From a virus: a stretch of DNA of 45,314 bases. The DNA is taken from the IMG/VR virus record IMGVR_UViG_3300045988_037298; one strand, given 5' to 3'. A model generated the notes under the pieces. The model made no database searches. It saw only the letters and a list, made by a program, of their open reading frames with translations, and was not told the DNA's origin. Numbering within the stretch: position 1 is the stretch's first letter; every line of letters starts with the position of its first letter. Position numbers and translations under genes: made by a program. Below are positions 16,015 through 24,318 of the stretch, piece after piece.

Positions 16015-16275
16015 ATGGGAAAATACAATACAGAGCGCAAACACAAAGAGGGACAGGAGATGTATAAAGCGGTATATCACTTTATCTTGAAATATTACCG
16101 TAAACACCGCTATATGCCGTCCACAAGAAATATTGCAGATGGATTAGACATTTCAACGGCTACTGCCAGAAAACACTTTAATTTGCTCTTAGACAACGGA
16201 TTGCTTGTTAGCGAAGATCCGACAGAGCAGAGGGCGTATAGATTGAGTTATTCAAAGGTAGAAACTGGTGTATAA
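16015..16275 (+). CDS. winged-helix DNA-binding protein (LexA N-terminal-domain-like)
   Basis: YHFILKYYRKHRYMPSTRNIADGLDISTATARKHFNLLLDNGLL. ATG 16015 follows GTGAGGTG. Confidence 0.55.
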   Translation: MGKYNTERKHKEGQEMYKAVYHFILKYYRKHRYMPSTRNIADGLDISTATARKHFNLLLDNGLLVSEDPTEQRAYRLSYSKVETGV

Positions 16276-16308
16276 AGAATTGGTCAGAAGATTTGGAGTG
16301 TAAATATT

Positions 16309-17193
16309 ATGGATTTAGAACAAAAAGCAATTAAAAGAATACAATTTGCATCTGAATTATCTTTAAAACATTATAATAAGCCTCTTGTGTGTACATATTC
16401 CGGTGGGAAAGATTCAGACGTGATGTTAGAACTCTTTCGCAGGAGTGGCATACCATTTGAAGTACATAATAGCCATACTACAGCAGATGCACCGAAAACT
16501 GTACGACATATACGAAAAGTATTTAAAAGTTTGGAAGAAAAAGGAATTAAATGCGAAATAGAAATGCCGAAGTATAAAGGCGAACATATCACTATGTGGA
16601 AATTAATTCCATTAAAATTGATGCCACCAATAAGACAAGTCCGCTACTGCTGTCAAGTTCTTAAAGAAACAGGGTGTGTAAATAGATATATTGCTACTGG
16701 TGTGAGATGGGCTGAAAGCAGGCAGAGAAAAGAAAGAGAAGAATTTGAAAAAATTGGTGAAACAAAGGCAAATAAAGAAAAATTCACATCAATTATGCTA
16801 ATGAACGACAATGACGCCAATCGCAGAATGAATGAACTTTGTATGCAGAAAAACAAAATGGTTGTCAATCCCATCATTGACTGGAAAGATTCTGATATAT
16901 GGGAGTTTATTAATTCAGAACATATAGAAACATGTGAGCTGTACAAATGTGGATATGACAGAGTTGGCTGTATCGGATGTCCGCTTGCGTCAAAGAAATG
17001 GAGGGAAAAAGAAATGTATGATTTTCCAAAGTACAAGCAAGCCTATATACGTGCTTTTGACAGAATGATTGAGGAACGCAAGCGGCGCGGAAAAGATGTG
17101 AAGTGGAGTTGTGGCGAAGAAGTTTATCTATGGTGGATGCAAGACAATAATGTAGTTGGTCAGATGGAATTATCTGATTTTATTGAGTATTAG
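16309..17193 (+). CDS. PAPS-reductase-family (PP-loop ATP pyrophosphatase) protein with a C-terminal Cys cluster
   Basis: SGGKDS PP-loop in VCTYSGGKDSDVM. Cys cluster CELYKCGYDRVGCIGCP. Confidence 0.75.
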   Translation: MDLEQKAIKRIQFASELSLKHYNKPLVCTYSGGKDSDVMLELFRRSGIPFEVHNSHTTADAPKTVRHIRKVFKSLEEKGIKCEIEMPKYKGEHITMWKLIPLKLMPPIRQVRYCCQVLKETGCVNRYIATGVRWAESRQRKEREEFEKIGETKANKEKFTSIMLMNDNDANRRMNELCMQKNKMVVNPIIDWKDSDIWEFINSEHIETCELYKCGYDRVGCIGCPLASKKWREKEMYDFPKYKQAYIRAFDRMIEERKRRGKDVKWSCGEEVYLWWMQDNNVVGQMELSDFIEY

Positions 17194-17254
17194 AATCATG
17201 TACTAACTGCACAATAGCGTGTCAGTTGCTTACATGGAGAAAGTGAGGATGGAA

Positions 17255-17437
17255 ATGGATTATAGACACTGTAGATGTGGATGCGGTGGAATTATAGCGC
17301 AATACAGTAAATCGAGTGGATTTATCTGTGAGAAATGCAATAAAGAGTATCAATTATCAGAGTTAAATTTTGATTGGATTGCATCAAACAAAAAGACCGG
17401 ATGGTTGTTTCCGATGTTGAAAAAGGAGGGTAAATAA
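17255..17437 (+). CDS. small zinc-ribbon protein
   Basis: CRCGCGG...CEKC. The start is uncertain (track GTG 17219, ATG 17234, 17249 or 17255). Confidence 0.5.
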   Translation: MDYRHCRCGCGGIIAQYSKSSGFICEKCNKEYQLSELNFDWIASNKKTGWLFPMLKKEGK

Positions 17438-18000
17438 TGAGTGAAATTAAATTCAGCGACGGAATGCCAGAAAGAGAAAGACGTTCCAGAACAAGCATTT
17501 ATCCAGAAGAATTGTTGGATAAAAAATGTGGTGGCTGTGTGAGATGCCAGTCAAGAAAAAGAAAGGGTGAAACAGGCTATCATTGCACGACACAGCCGTA
17601 CACCAAAGACATTTCACCAGAAGATAAAGCTTGTGTCATTTACTGGGACAAAGAAGAGGAAAAGAAGTACCAAGCGTTAAAGACGCAGGACGAAGAAAAC
17701 CGAAGAAAAGAACTCTGGAACATCTATTCAAAGCGAGAACCAATCAAACTCCCTATCATAAATGATGGTTACGGAATAATTCCAGAATGTCCTATTTGTG
17801 GAGAAATGCCATATAGCACTAAGCAGTGCCACTGGTGCGGTCAGAGATTCATTCAAGATAAAGAAGTAGAAGAATACGAAAAGCCGCTGACAAAAGAGGT
17901 AACTTGCTTTTCATGTGGCAGAAAGGTGATAGCAAATGTAAGCAAGTATAACGGACATATTAGTTATCATTGTCAATGCGGAACAAATTTTATCGAATAA
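17437..18000 (+). CDS. Cys-rich protein with several CxxC zinc-ribbon pairs
   Basis: CGGCVRC, CPICG..CHWCG, CFSCG..CQCG. Confidence 0.6.
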   Translation: MSEIKFSDGMPERERRSRTSIYPEELLDKKCGGCVRCQSRKRKGETGYHCTTQPYTKDISPEDKACVIYWDKEEEKKYQALKTQDEENRRKELWNIYSKREPIKLPIINDGYGIIPECPICGEMPYSTKQCHWCGQRFIQDKEVEEYEKPLTKEVTCFSCGRKVIANVSKYNGHISYHCQCGTNFIE

Positions 18001-18012
18001 GGAGGGCGAAAA

Positions 18013-18177
18013 ATGAGCTACTGTGACGGGACCTGTAAGCATCTGAACGAAAGAAAACATAAACGCGAACTGACAGGAGAAAAACTCACATACATGAAAC
18101 AGAGTTGCGGAATCGAGTATTCAGTGCATGAACACAGAGGATTCTGCGAGAAAGATAAGGAGGACACAAAATGTTAA
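18013..18177 (+). CDS. hypothetical Cys/His-rich 54-aa protein
   Basis: AAGGAGGG lies 6 nt upstream. Sequence starts MSYCDGTCKHLNERKHKRELTGEKLTYMKQSCGIEYSVHEHRGFCEKDKEDTKC. The stop overlaps the next start (ATGTTAA). Confidence 0.5.
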   Translation: MSYCDGTCKHLNERKHKRELTGEKLTYMKQSCGIEYSVHEHRGFCEKDKEDTKC

Positions 18178-18530
18178 TCAGAAGTCAGGATAAAACAGCG
18201 CTGGTAAAGTTTGAAAACATTGTAGTTAATCTAAAACTCCCAGATTCATTGAATGTTATATGTTGGAGTTTGCAGGATGCACAGAGAAGTGGAGGATATT
18301 TTATTTTAGGAAAATATTCCACCAAAGAAAAAGCCATGAAAGTACTGGACATGATTCAGGAAGCCTATGGAGATTCGGAATACACAAAATATGTAATTCC
18401 AGAAGTATGTAGGATATTAAGTATGAAGCAAAAAACGGAAGAAAACAAAGCACATGCGGGAGAACTTGGAGAAATGCTCAAAAATGGAATGACGTTCCAG
18501 ATGCCAGAGGATAGCGAGGTGGAAGCATGA
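18171..18530 (+). CDS. hypothetical protein
   Basis: ORF track; AAGGAGG upstream. Confidence 0.6.
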   Translation: MLIRSQDKTALVKFENIVVNLKLPDSLNVICWSLQDAQRSGGYFILGKYSTKEKAMKVLDMIQEAYGDSEYTKYVIPEVCRILSMKQKTEENKAHAGELGEMLKNGMTFQMPEDSEVEA

Positions 18531-18745
18531 AGTATAAATGCGTGAAAGCGTTCACGTTAGATACATACGATGGTGATGGATTTTACGTTGACGGATACAT
18601 GGAAATTGAGGTTGGCGAAGTTTACGAAGTAGGAAATGAAAAAATTATTGATGGAGAAATCCATCTTGACGGAGTAAATGTTAACAGATGGATTGAGATA
18701 TCACAAGAAATACTAAATGAGCATTTTGAAGAGGTGGTTGTATGA
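18527..18745 (+). CDS. hypothetical protein
   Basis: ORF track; ATGA overlap with the upstream gene. Confidence 0.55.
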   Translation: MKYKCVKAFTLDTYDGDGFYVDGYMEIEVGEVYEVGNEKIIDGEIHLDGVNVNRWIEISQEILNEHFEEVVV

Positions 18746-19119
18746 GCAGAGTACGAACCAGATTAGAACAATACAAAGCTGAGATAGAAAAGAAATCACA
18801 GTATAAGCATGGGCTTCCAGGGAGTGCGCTGGATATTGTGAATACTCTTCTGAATGATTTGGAACAGGACGAGAAAGAAAACGGTTGGATTCCGGTCAGT
18901 GAGAGATTGCCAGAACGTGACTGGTGCCTTGCAGTGTTCAGAGAATTGGATACAGGATATCAATTAATACCAAGGGTTGCAGAGTTTATAAATAGACCGG
19001 ATGATGAACACGCAACGTCTGATGGTTGGCATATTATAGATTTTTTTGAAGGACCGAAAGAATATATAAAATTGTTAAAGTGCGTTGCATGGATGCCACT
19101 TCCAGAACCATATAAGTAG
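18742..19119 (+). CDS. DUF551-like protein
   Basis: GWIPVSERLPE ... CVAWMPLPEPYK, the typical DUF551 ends. Confidence 0.6.
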   Translation: MSRVRTRLEQYKAEIEKKSQYKHGLPGSALDIVNTLLNDLEQDEKENGWIPVSERLPERDWCLAVFRELDTGYQLIPRVAEFINRPDDEHATSDGWHIIDFFEGPKEYIKLLKCVAWMPLPEPYK

Positions 19120-19125
19120 AACTAA

Positions 19126-19290
19126 ATGGGATATTGTAAATTAGACTGCCCGGACGGTGAAACACAGTGCTGCATCTGCTGCACTAAACAGGATTCCTGC
19201 CAGTGCAGATGTGACGATATGGACAGTTATGAATATGTGGAGGAATGTCCGGATTATGTAAAACAGGAGGATGCTTATGAGATTAATTGA
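19126..19290 (+). CDS. hypothetical Cys-rich 54-aa protein
   Basis: MGYCKLDCPDGETQCCICCTKQDSCQCRCDD... It is below the track cutoff and fills the intergenic gap. Confidence 0.45.
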   Translation: MGYCKLDCPDGETQCCICCTKQDSCQCRCDDMDSYEYVEECPDYVKQEDAYEIN

Positions 19291-19525
19291 TGCTGATAAA
19301 TTAAAACACGTAATACATTGTGCATATTCTGATGATTTAGATATTCTTGAAAAGATTGACGAACAGCCGACAGTTTTTGATGTGGATAAGGCTGTGGAGC
19401 AGTTGGAAACAAGAAAGACAAGAGCTGCTGCATTACAGAAGGAAAATATATCAGAGTATTTCGAGGGTGAAACTGATGCGTTTGAATTTGCACTTAAAAT
19501 TGTGAAAGGTGGTGGAGTTGAATGA
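19277..19525 (+). CDS. hypothetical protein
   Basis: Track ORF 19271-19525. ATG 19277 lies 6 nt after GGAGG. Confidence 0.55.
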   Translation: MRLIDADKLKHVIHCAYSDDLDILEKIDEQPTVFDVDKAVEQLETRKTRAAALQKENISEYFEGETDAFEFALKIVKGGGVE

Positions 19526-20004
19526 GAGAGATTCTTTTTAAGGCAAAGCGGATTAATAATGGCGAGTGGGTCGAGGGATATTACCTAAGAGATCAATATC
19601 ACATAGGGGGAAAGGACATTATTTTTTATCGAAAGGATTCAGATCGGTTTACAGTATACACTGATAGAATTGATATAGAAACCCTCTGTCAGTTCACAGT
19701 ACTTTGTGATAAGAACGGAAACAAAATTTTTGAGAATGACATTTTGATGTGTCATGAAAACCCAGAAGATCTTGTAAAAGTGGCATTTGGAGAATTTGGC
19801 GTAAGAAATATTGAGACCGGGTCTATAACAGATAAAGCTATAGGATGGTATTACGAAGTTGTCCCAACAGATGCAATCAGCAGATGCGAACCTTTCTGCT
19901 GGCCAATGCCACTGACCAAATATTATATCGACAGGTGCGAAATGGAAGTAGTTGGCAACATTTTCGACAATCCAGAATTGTTACAGGAGGAATCAGATGA
20001 GTAA
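19522..20004 (+). CDS. YopX-family protein
   Basis: MREILFKAKRINNGEWVEGYY ... EVVGNIFDNPELL, the typical YopX termini. Confidence 0.7.
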   Translation: MREILFKAKRINNGEWVEGYYLRDQYHIGGKDIIFYRKDSDRFTVYTDRIDIETLCQFTVLCDKNGNKIFENDILMCHENPEDLVKVAFGEFGVRNIETGSITDKAIGWYYEVVPTDAISRCEPFCWPMPLTKYYIDRCEMEVVGNIFDNPELLQEESDE

Positions 20005-20275
20005 ATCAGTATTAGTGATGGACACACCAAAATATTGTGCTTCATGTGCTTTACGCAGCGGAATACTTCACCCATTCTGTAGAGCGAATAGAAGAGATAT
20101 TACAGATTTGAGCATTAGACCAGATTGGTGTCCATTGAAGCCATTGCCAGATAAAATGAAATTAACAGGAGTGTACGGAAGAGAGTATTTTAAAAGCAAT
20201 GGGAAGATGCCTAGTTACAAGATTGGTTGGAACGATTGCATTGATGCGATTACAGGAGGAAATTCTGATGATTAA
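19997..20275 (+). CDS. hypothetical Cys-containing protein
   Basis: ATG 19997 lies 6 nt after GGAGG, in frame with track ORF 19952-20275. Confidence 0.55.
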   Translation: MSKSVLVMDTPKYCASCALRSGILHPFCRANRRDITDLSIRPDWCPLKPLPDKMKLTGVYGREYFKSNGKMPSYKIGWNDCIDAITGGNSDD

Positions 20276-20630
20276 TTTAACAGGAAAAAGTGTATTTGTA
20301 AGAACACAGGAAGAATATTTGAGTGTTCTGAAAATAGCAAGGTTTCAGGGATTCAAATGGGCGAGAGAAAACCATTTAAACCATATCGAAATTCCATTTC
20401 CAAACATATTGAATTTTTGCGACAGTAAGATTGTTACTTACAGCTATGTTGAAAAGATAGTGTATGAAGCATCTGAAATCGTCGAAGATGAAGAAAAAAT
20501 CAAGGATGCAGTAAACCTTGTCAGATCATTCGCTAAATACCCAGACAGAACAGCATTGACGTATACATTAATTGGATCGTTGAAGCTACTTGCAGATACT
20601 GTAGAAAGCCAGATGGAAGAGGTGAAGTAG
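20268..20630 (+). CDS. hypothetical protein
   Basis: ATG 20268 follows GGAGG, in frame with track ORF 20199-20630. Confidence 0.55.
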   Translation: MINLTGKSVFVRTQEEYLSVLKIARFQGFKWARENHLNHIEIPFPNILNFCDSKIVTYSYVEKIVYEASEIVEDEEKIKDAVNLVRSFAKYPDRTALTYTLIGSLKLLADTVESQMEEVK

Positions 20631-21020
20631 ATGACTGATGAAATTTTCGGTCTTATGGAATGCTTCCCCGGGAGCTACATAAACAGATTTGGGGAAATAA
20701 TTCTTTCCGAAAAAGGAAACGTATATTTCACAGCAAAGAATTGTACCGATAAAGAAGATATTATCTGCAAGCTACTTGAATGGTGTTCAAGGCCAATGGC
20801 AAAAGGAGAGCCGTACAGTTCGCACAAAAGAAATAATGAATGGAGAGAACAACTGATATCAAGCCTTAACAGATATCTGGGTACAAACTTTGACCAAGGG
20901 GATATGTACTGGATTTACGATCAACTTGGAAATGCTGTAAATCATAAACTGACATTAAAGTTTATTAGAAGTGATTTCAATATGGCAATTATATATCAAG
21001 AAGTAAAAGAGGTGGAATGA
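20631..21020 (+). CDS. hypothetical protein
   Basis: ORF track; GAGGTG upstream. Confidence 0.55.
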   Translation: MTDEIFGLMECFPGSYINRFGEIILSEKGNVYFTAKNCTDKEDIICKLLEWCSRPMAKGEPYSSHKRNNEWREQLISSLNRYLGTNFDQGDMYWIYDQLGNAVNHKLTLKFIRSDFNMAIIYQEVKEVE

Positions 21021-21457
21021 TGGAGAGATTAACAGATTATTCAGACGATGAATGCACATATATCATTGGCGTTGGGAATAAAACTTGCGAAGAATTTTGT
21101 AAATACGTAGTAGATGGATGCAAGAATTGCTATATCCAACAAGTGTTTAAAAAACTTGCCGATTATGAAGACTTAGAAGAACAGGGCTTGCTTGTGAGAT
21201 TGCCAGCTGATAAGAATGCAGAAATATACCTCATATCTTCCAGATGGACGATTTGTTCGAAATGTGGATCGAGGTTTGATGAATACAATTGCAATGGTTG
21301 TGAATATGAATGTGATAGTAAAAAAGAATATTATGTGTATTCAATTTATCTTTCGTCTATAGATGTAAACACTTATGTTGACCGATTTGGTAAGACAATA
21401 TTCCTCACTCGCGAAGAAGCTGAGAAAAAAATGGAGGAGATGAAAGCTAATGATTAA
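21017..21457 (+). CDS. hypothetical Cys-rich protein
   Basis: ORF track; contains CxxC pairs and the KLADYEDLEEQG motif. Confidence 0.55.
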   Translation: MMERLTDYSDDECTYIIGVGNKTCEEFCKYVVDGCKNCYIQQVFKKLADYEDLEEQGLLVRLPADKNAEIYLISSRWTICSKCGSRFDEYNCNGCEYECDSKKEYYVYSIYLSSIDVNTYVDRFGKTIFLTREEAEKKMEEMKAND

Positions 21458-21635
21458 AATACTGAATACCATTAATACTAGACTGATTCCTATATCGGTT
21501 TTACAGGATGTAAAAAGTAGAATCTCTGATTGGCTTGCATCCGGCGGGAAAGAAACCGATCCTTACATTCAGCGGCAAATTGATTATCTGAAAGCTGTTG
21601 AAAAAGCAGCATTGGATGAGAAAAATATCGTATAA
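21450..21635 (+). CDS. hypothetical protein
   Basis: ORF track. Confidence 0.5.
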   Translation: MIKILNTINTRLIPISVLQDVKSRISDWLASGGKETDPYIQRQIDYLKAVEKAALDEKNIV

Positions 21636-21657
21636 GTGGAATTGGAGGAGATGAAGA

Positions 21658-21906
21658 ATGGCAAGTAAAACTATCAAAGCAATGGGTGTTAGTCCTATTA
21701 CAAATACAATCTACTATGGAAATGTAAACGAAGAAAAAGGTTTATGGGTAGGTGAAAAAAAAGACGTAACCGATATGGAAATCGCCTCTGTATTTGAATG
21801 GTTCATGAATCAAATGGATGGAAAAGAAGAGTTTGAGATCTCGTATCCAAATGTTTCAGAGTTTAAGTTGAAGATGGTAAGAGAGGAAATAAAAAAGAAT
21901 GATTGA
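21658..21906 (+). CDS. hypothetical protein
   Basis: ORF track; GGAGGAG lies 7 nt upstream. Confidence 0.55.
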   Translation: MASKTIKAMGVSPITNTIYYGNVNEEKGLWVGEKKDVTDMEIASVFEWFMNQMDGKEEFEISYPNVSEFKLKMVREEIKKND

Positions 21907-21994
21907 TAGTTTAATAGCATTTACATTCGGAATAATATTCGGGTCATTTGGCACTATTTACTTGATTACACATTTTGGTGGCAAGCGTAAATAG
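21899..21994 (+). CDS. hypothetical 31-aa single-TM peptide
   Basis: MIDSLIAFTFGIIFGSFGTIYLITHFGGKRK. ATGA-type overlap with the upstream stop. It is below the track cutoff. Confidence 0.35.
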   Translation: MIDSLIAFTFGIIFGSFGTIYLITHFGGKRK

Positions 21995-22014
21995 AAATAA
22001 AAAGGAGTGATGAT

Positions 22015-22314
22015 ATGCGAACCAGGCAAAAGTCACTTGTTGATTTTGGCGTATATCCGGAAGATATTAACCGTTTAAAGGATATATGCCAGAAAGCTAC
22101 ACCAGAGCAGAGACATGATATTTTACACTGCTGCATAAGTTCTTGCCCTCCGGGGATTGAACTTTTGGTGTACGAATCTATTGTAACAAACAAATCCTAT
22201 GACCGTATCATGAAGACAAAGTACATACCGGCAAAGCGAGACGATTTCTACGCATACAAGCGCAAGGCAATGGCTATGTTTTATGATACTCTAAGAAAAC
22301 TAAGAGAAATATAA
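22015..22314 (+). CDS. putative late-gene transcriptional activator (sigma region-4 / RinA-ArpU-like by position)
   Basis: It is the last gene before the terS promoter. The C-terminal segment ..SYDRIMKTKYIPAKRDDFYAYKRKAMAMF.. is HTH-like. Function is inferred mainly from position. Confidence 0.4.
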   Translation: MRTRQKSLVDFGVYPEDINRLKDICQKATPEQRHDILHCCISSCPPGIELLVYESIVTNKSYDRIMKTKYIPAKRDDFYAYKRKAMAMFYDTLRKLREI

Positions 22315-22333
22315 TACTACAATTAATATTAAA

Positions 22334-22370
22334 ATGTGGGGACAAATTTTTCTGCCATGTATGGTAATAT
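22334..22370 (+). promoter_or_regulatory. putative late promoter, copy B (ATGTGGGG-N23-TAATAT with TGg extended -10)
   Basis: Same motif and spacing as copies A and C; it lies upstream of terS. Confidence 0.55.
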
Positions 22371-22428
22371 AGTATATATCTATAGCTATGTACCGTATGT
22401 GGCAGAATTTTTGTTTGGAGGTGAGAAC

Positions 22429-22881
22429 GTGGGAAAACAGGTAGGAAGACCACCAATATATAAGACGGTGAACGAAATTGAAGAAAAAATTGACACATAT
22501 TTCAAAGAATGTGAAGGTGAAATATTAAAAGATGATAATGGAAAAACTGTATTGAATAAATTTGGAAATCCGGTGGTTATTAATCGAAAGCCTCCAACAG
22601 TAACTGGTTTAGCTCTTGCATTAGGATTTACAAGTAGATTGGATTTATTAAGATATCAAGGAAAAGAGGAATTTTGTAACACGATAACGCGCGCGAAGAG
22701 TATGGTAGAGCAGTACGCAGAGGAAAGATTGTTTGATCGTGACGGTTCCAATGGTGCTCAGTTTAGCCTTAGAAACAACTTCAAGGGCTGGGACGCTGAT
22801 AAGAAAAATGATGATTTCGGAGACGGAAAGATTACGATTGTGAACAATATTCCGAGACCGGAGAAACAGGATGGAAAGTAA
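22429..22881 (+). CDS. terS: terminase small subunit
   Basis: GTG 22429 lies 5 nt after GGAGGTG. Motifs GRPPIYKTVNEIEEKIDTYF, PTVTGLALALGF, FSLRNNFKGWDAD. Confidence 0.8.
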   Translation: MGKQVGRPPIYKTVNEIEEKIDTYFKECEGEILKDDNGKTVLNKFGNPVVINRKPPTVTGLALALGFTSRLDLLRYQGKEEFCNTITRAKSMVEQYAEERLFDRDGSNGAQFSLRNNFKGWDADKKNDDFGDGKITIVNNIPRPEKQDGK

Positions 22882-24127
22882 TGCTATCAAGCTGAATGAG
22901 ATTGTAGCACCGGCATTTTACAATGCGTTTTGGGATATTTTAGATGGCAAACACACTTACTATGATCTGTACGGTGGACGCGGATCCACAAAATCATCTT
23001 TTGTAGGCGTCATGATTCCGTTTCAGATGATGCAGGATGCAGAGAATGGCTTAATGTCAAATGCTGTAATCTTTCGGAAAGTCGGTAATACGCTCAGAGA
23101 ATCTGTGTATGAACAGATCGCATGGGGGATTGATGCACTTGGAGCAAGTGATTTATGGGCTGACAGTTTAAGTCCTATGCAATATGTGTATAAGCCAACA
23201 GGACAAAAGATCATATTCAGAGGACTGGATAAAGCTAAGAAAACAAAGTCCATAAAAGTAAAAAAAGGATATTTCAAGTACCTTTGGTTTGAGGAGCTTG
23301 ATGAGTTTGCCGGAATTGAAGAAATCCGTACAGTTCAACAGTCTGTACTTCGTGGTGGAAGCAAATTTGAAGTATTTAAGACATTCAATCCACCGATCAG
23401 CCGGAGCAACTGGGCGAACGTGTACGTAGAAGAGCCGAGAGCTGACAGCTACAGGCACAAGAGCGATTATAGATCAGTTCCTGTTGAATGGCTTGGACCG
23501 CAATTTATTGATGATGCGGAGCATTTGAGAAAGACAAATCAGAGAGCTTACGACCATGAATATTTAGGACTTCCGGTTGGACTTGGAACAAATATTTTTG
23601 AGCTGTTGGAGATTCGGACAATAACAGATGAAGAGATTCAGAAGTATCAAAGCATTTACCAGGGACAGGACTGGGGGTGGTATCCAGATCCTAAAGCATT
23701 TCTCCGTGTAGCTTATGTTCCTAATCAGGAAAAAGTTTTTTTATTAGACGAGCTTGGAGGATCCAAGATAAGAAATAAGGAAATGGCTAACCAGATAAAG
23801 AAAAAAGGATATGATGATTATTCAATATCTTGCGGAGTTGATGAAGAAGAAAGTATTATTGACTTCCGAGATGCAGGGCTTCCAGCACGTAGGGCCATTG
23901 TTACACCGGGAAGCCGCAAATATACTTTTGAGTGGTTACAGTGCCGAACATTAGTCATTGATCCGGCACGAACGCCTAGAGCATACAAGGAAATTATCAA
24001 TTATGAACATGAAGTAGATAGCAATGGAGAAGTGATTGCAGATTATCCAGATGGCAACGATCATTATATAGACGCCCTTAGATACGCCACAAGTCCATTG
24101 TCGATGAGAAGAGGACATAGTGCATAA
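22871..24127 (+). CDS. terL: terminase large subunit (PBSX-type)
   Basis: Walker A-like YGGRGSTKSS; 418 aa with a nuclease-type C-terminus (..DGNDHYIDALRYA..). Confidence 0.9.
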   Translation: MESNAIKLNEIVAPAFYNAFWDILDGKHTYYDLYGGRGSTKSSFVGVMIPFQMMQDAENGLMSNAVIFRKVGNTLRESVYEQIAWGIDALGASDLWADSLSPMQYVYKPTGQKIIFRGLDKAKKTKSIKVKKGYFKYLWFEELDEFAGIEEIRTVQQSVLRGGSKFEVFKTFNPPISRSNWANVYVEEPRADSYRHKSDYRSVPVEWLGPQFIDDAEHLRKTNQRAYDHEYLGLPVGLGTNIFELLEIRTITDEEIQKYQSIYQGQDWGWYPDPKAFLRVAYVPNQEKVFLLDELGGSKIRNKEMANQIKKKGYDDYSISCGVDEEESIIDFRDAGLPARRAIVTPGSRKYTFEWLQCRTLVIDPARTPRAYKEIINYEHEVDSNGEVIADYPDGNDHYIDALRYATSPLSMRRGHSA

Positions 24128-24318
24128 TGTGTAAATTTTGTGACGAATTAGCTTCTTGGAAAGAATGCCATGATAATCCAGAACGCAAGAAGAACAAATA
24201 TATATACGGCTGCATGTTGTACATGTACATGAAAGACCGAAAAGGAAGCATTACTTCCAGACCGTTTGACCTTAATTATTGTCCGATGTGCGGAAAGAAG
24301 ATAGCAGCAGGTGACTAA
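24127..24318 (+). CDS. small zinc-ribbon protein between terL and portal
   Basis: CKFC ... CPMCG. Confidence 0.55.
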   Translation: MCKFCDELASWKECHDNPERKKNKYIYGCMLYMYMKDRKGSITSRPFDLNYCPMCGKKIAAGD

